From NCBI RefSeq assembly GCF_004010195.1, contig NC_057718.1, positions 84,855,968 through 84,919,967 of the forward strand: a stretch of 64,000 nucleotides of DNA, written 5' to 3'. Of this stretch, positions 59,501 through 64,000 are shown in pieces. Under the pieces are notes generated by a model, which saw only the letters and a list, made by a program, of their open reading frames with translations, ran no database searches and had not been told where the DNA came from. Within the stretch, counting starts at the first letter, position 1; each line of letters starts with the position of its first letter. This DNA is from Chiloscyllium plagiosum (lineage: Eukaryota). The position numbers and the translations under genes are program-made.

Positions 59501-62500
59501 AAAGACATTTCTACTGGCCTGGACCACTCGAGGATGTAGTTGAATTTTGCCAGATGTGCCATACATGTCAGGTAATTGACGGTAATAAAACCTATTCCAG
59601 CATTTAAGGACCCTTTTACAAGGGTCTTTAATTGATTGTGTAGGTCCCCTATCACAAACAAAAAAAGTGGAAATCAGTATTTGTTAACAATAATGGATGT
59701 ATTGACTAGATTTCCAGAGGCCGACCCATTACACTATCACAGCTAAAAAGGGTTGTAGAGAAATTACTCAAATTTTTTACTAGACACAGACAACAAATAG
59801 AGATATAGTCAGGTCAAGGGTCAAACGTCACATCCAAACTATAGTTCAAGGAAGTTATGGACTGCTTAGAAATAAAACAATTCAATCTACTGCATACCAT
59901 CCAGAGTACTAGAAAAGTGGCATCAAACCCTAAAGACCATGTTGAAGCTTTATAGTCAGGACTATCCAAATGATTGGGATAAGGGAATTCCATTTGTGCT
60001 TTTTGCGATTAGAGATGCACTAAATGAATCCACCAAATTCAGTCCACTTGAATTAGTTTTTGGGCATGAAGTGAGAGTATAAAAATTGATTAAGGAGAAG
60101 TTATTAAGTCAGAATTCAGAGACCATGCATTTGGACTGTGTGTCCAATTTGAGAAAATGAATAATTAGAGCTTGAGAGTTGGCTAGACAGCATTTAAAAA
60201 TATTGCAGCATGTAATGAAACAGGAAGCAGACAAGAAATCAAAAATTCGCAATTCTGCTGTTGGGGATAATGTATTAGTGTTACTTACAGTAATAGGTGA
60301 ACCTTCAAAAGAAAGCTTCAGTAGACCTTCTAAAATCAAAAGGAAATTGAGTGAGGTGAACTACTTGATAGGGACTCCAGACGGGAAAGGAAAGTAGAAA
60401 GTGTTATTGATTACAACACAGAGGGAAGAACCAAGTTCAGAGGATTCTGAATTGGACATTCCCTTAATTAAATTAGACAATGAGGAAGTTGTCAAAAATT
60501 GGGATAAATTATTGAATTACCTTCCTGAGAAAAATTGAAGTGACCTGAAAGAGTTATTACTATCATGCAGATATGTGGAAATTAGCTGGGAATTACTAAC
60601 CTAATTGTGCATGATGTAGATATAGAAGATGCTGTTCTGATTAAGCAAAATCCTTATAGCCATAACCCTCTAAAGTTGGCACAATTTCAGAAGGAGATTG
60701 AACTCATACTCCAAGACGACATAATCGAAGTGAGTTACAGTGACTGGAGCTCACCTATAGTAATGGTGCCAAAGCCAGATGATACCCAACAGTTATGTGT
60801 GGACTATCACAAAGTCAATGCAGTTACAAAGACTGATGCATATCCAATTCTGTGTTTGGAAGACTGTGTTGAAAAGGTGGGGCAAGCAACTTAGATTTCT
60901 CAATTGGACTTGCTCAGAGGCTACTGACAAGTACCACTGTCAGAAAGAGCAAAGGCAATTTCAGCTTTCGTAATGTCAAATGGACTGTATCAGCTTAAAG
61001 TCATGTCATTTGGTATGAAAAACACTCCAGCCACATTTCAGAGACTAACTAATAAAGATCATTGCGGGACTGCCCAACTGTCATGTACATCGGTGAGCTG
61101 GTGAATTTTAGTTACACATAGAAGGAACATTTACAACATTTATCAGACTTGTTCAATTGACTTTGGAAGACAAGCTTGGTGGTAAACCTACCTAAAAGTG
61201 AATTTGCCAAAGCCCAAGTCAGCTTCCTGGGCCATGCTATTGGAAATGAACAAATGGCCCCACGGGATGTGAAAAGAAAAGTAATTAGGGAATTTCCCAT
61301 ACTGTCGACAAAAAGACCAGTACTACCGTTCCTGGGATTGAGTGGATTTTATCAAAAGTTTGCGCCGAAGTTTAGCAGTGTGACTGTTCCAATCACGGAG
61401 TTGCTTAAAAAAAGACAAGAGGTTTCAGCGGACAGAAGGCGTTTGACAACCTGAAGACAGTATTAACCACTGCACCAGTATTAGCCACTTTGAAAGGCTT
61501 TGTATAATCAGGTGTGGTGATCGATGAGTGTGATGTGGGTGTCAGTGCTGTATTCCTGCAGGATGACAAGAAGATAGAAAGACTGAAATGTATTTCTCCA
61601 GGAAGCTGAACGGAATAGAAATATTTGACAATTGAGAAAAACACTTTGAGCTTGGTGCTGGCAGTACAACATTTCGGTGTTTATATTACCAGCAATGCAT
61701 CTGAGACAATTGTATACACTGATTATAACTCATTGAAATTTGTAGAGAAATTGAAGGACAAAAATGCCAGACTGTTTAAATGGAGACTGGTGTTACAGCC
61801 ATTCAATTTGAAAATTGTGCACGTGGCAAGTCGAGAAAATGTGACCGCCGATGCATTATCAAGACTCTAATGAGAGATGGCGGCATTCAGTGGTGGGAGA
61901 ACCACAAACTGAATCTAAATGTAATCGTGCATGTTTTCACGTTTGTAGTCAGTGAATATATGTGTGTGTTTTGGAGTTTTGAAAATTGAAACTAGCTTTG
62001 GATATTGATTGTTCACTTTTTTTTTGGGGGGGGGGGGGGGGAGGGTATCACAATGTTGGTTCTCCAGCCTAAGTCTTTCATGTCTTAACAAAAACCAGTA
62101 TAAACAAAGGGAAGTGGCAGCTCACTTTGATTAGAGTTTTTGAGTCAGTTCAGCAGCAGTGTGTGTGAAGAAAGACAGCTGGGGCAAGTCTAGCCGGGTA
62201 TTCTATCTCTCTAACTTCAAACCTGTAAGCCCTGGTAGGTTTTATTTTTAGGAGAAAGTGAGGGCTTTCATTTTTACTCTTTGTGCTAAGGGATGTTTAT
62301 TGGGACCGTTGCAGGTATTTTCAGAACAGCATCATTACGGTGGGATAGTCTGTCGGGTTTTTAGATAGGTTAAGTCATCTGGTATTCTATTTTCTGTTCT
62401 TTGTTTCATTCCATAATTTTGTAAATAAATTCTGTTTGTTTAAAACTTGGCAACCAAATCAGCTAATTCACTCCAAGAATATCCACTATACACTTACCTA

Positions 62501-62570
62501 AAATAAATAGCAAAGTTACGGTCTGGGCTACCTGCTTAAAATATTGAGGGGGTCAGGCCTGGCCCGTTAA
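56589..62570 (+). mobile_element. Near full-length decayed Gmr1-type Ty3/Gypsy retrotransposon B (LTR-gag-PR-INT-RT-RH-PPT-LTR)
   Basis: LTRs at ~56589-57068 and ~62046-62570. Gag FDEKDIEAFL..YELVPEAYRQRFR; zinc knuckle CFHCNKVGH; protease LRDSGSSQ (~58740); integrase HHCC (59440-59570) and core; RT 60607-61250; RNase H to 61870; poly-G PPT at ~62026-62045. Confidence 0.92.
57527..57768 (+). mobile_element. 242-bp solo LTR of a third family inserted in the gag of element B
   Basis: TG...CA ends, perfect 5-bp TSD AGGCT (57522-57526 and 57769-57773), internal AATAAA. Removing it restores MEMKAEGRLSEEESEE. Confidence 0.8.
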
Positions 62571-63464
62571 AAAATGTTATTTTCTCTTGACATTCTCTTA
62601 ACCATTCTGGTGAGAGCAAGACAAAAAGCTTTGTCTTTTTTCAGTAATAAAAAAGGAAGAAACTACAAAAACAATTTTGTGTCAACAGTTTCCATTTTAA
62701 CAAAAATAAAAAACTTGGAAAAATTACCACTTTAAATTAGAGCCGTAGCAACAATATGGAAACAGGAAGTAAAGCATTGTATAGGAGAATTATGGAAACA
62801 TACAAAATATTAAGATACACACGCATTATTCTAATCCTACCTTTAAGTTATATTTCTTCAATGTGGAAAAGCCCACATTTTTCATAATTTTCATCATACA
62901 TTAGTTCTTTGACAGAAGGGATATGCAACATTCTCATTTGATGATTATCCAATACTTTGATATGACAATTGTTCAAGAATAGCAAAGGCTGGACATTACT
63001 CCTGTTGGTATCTAAGCAAAGCATGACGTAGTTTGAGATGATTTCTTTCAGGTTACGTTTCAGATCATCTTCTATTATGGAAATTAAAAGTATGCTTTAA
63101 ATAACTGAACTTGCAATTTTATTTTTAAAAGGTAGAGATTGCAGGCATTGAAATAGTACATTAAGGCCAGCTGGTCGGATGCTACAGCTAAATCTTTGTC
63201 AAACTGCTACAATGAAGGTCAACTGCCAAATCCCAGACCAATCAGACAGTACTTTGTTATCCTGTCTTAAATGATCAGCAATTCTGAATAAACAATGTGG
63301 CAAAAAATTTCTGTTCATGCAAACACACACTATACTTTTCTTTGTTTGTAAATTCTTATCTCTGAAAGCAAATAATACGATGGCTGGGTGTAGTCAAGAT
63401 TTAAACAAGTGACAACGAAAGTGTATGCCAGAATATTGAATATCAGAACACCAATTTAAGAGGC

Positions 63465-63691
63465 AAGTAGTTGGCCCCTTAGAAAAGGAGGCTGGGGAAA
63501 TAGTAATGGGGAATCAGGAAACAGCAGAGGAATTGAAGAAATACTTTGCATGTGTTGTTAGAGTAGAAGACACTGATAGCATCCCAAAATTACTAAATAT
63601 TCAAAATACAAAAGGAAGAAAGGAAATAAATACAATAACCATCACTGGAAGAAAAGCGCTGGGGAAACTAATGAGGCTAAAGACCGATAAG
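63465..63691 (+). mobile_element. CR1 ORF2 fragment
   Basis: AEELKKYFACV..GKLMRLKTDK, the region just before the KSPGPDG motif. Confidence 0.75.
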
Positions 63692-64000
63692 ACAGAATCC
63701 CTACATTTTAGAAAGAGGCCAGCCAGTCTGCACTGACCCTCTGAACAGCATCCCACTCAGACCCTACCATATCCCCATAACCTCACATTTACTATTGCTA
63801 TTCCATGTAACTTGCACATTCTGGATGCTATAGACAATTTAGGATGGCCAATCCACCCAACCTGCACATCTTTGCAATGGGAGGATTTCGGAGCATTTAG
63901 CAGAAACCCAAGTGGATGTGGGGGGAACATGACAAGTCCACATTATCACCAAAGGCTGAATCAAACCCAGATCTCTGGCGCTAAGAGGCAGCAATGCTAA
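63692..64000 (-). mobile_element. Decayed V-domain SINE, cut by window end
   Basis: Similar to 2624-2975 (caatttag.atggccaatccacc.aacctgcacatcttt). Confidence 0.75.

Noticed and set aside
63210..63240. Peptide NEGQLP on + resembling GINS1 exon 1 (..EGQLPAFN)
   Set aside because: Wrong strand, no upstream MFCEKA-like sequence and no donor; treated as chance.

Overview
Eukaryotic, repeat-rich vertebrate DNA. The repeat families (V-domain/HE1-type SINEs with matching CR1 tails, Deu-type SINEs, Penelope elements) point to a shark or other elasmobranch; this is an inference. Two spliced genes converge tail-to-tail. On + are the last 12 coding exons of a ninein-like coiled-coil gene (NINL, 960-33766), with two probable GC-AG introns. 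On - are exons 2-7 of GINS1/Psf1 (52513-35401); exon 1 was not found in the window. The introns contain CR1, L2-like and RTE LINE fragments, SINEs, Penelope-like elements (PLEs) and two decayed Gmr1-type Ty3/Gypsy LTR retrotransposons. The more complete one has a SCAN-like gag and integrase placed before RT. The most notable signal is a set of PLE termini carrying minimal hammerhead-ribozyme motifs. Many occur as short non-coding fold-back insertions, some with target-site duplications, down to a 13-nt abortive insertion. Also seen: a solo LTR nested in the gag, a ~1.1 kb near-identical duplication that spans both assembly gaps, and a tRNA-like tandem repeat between the two 3' ends. All calls were made by eye, without database searches.
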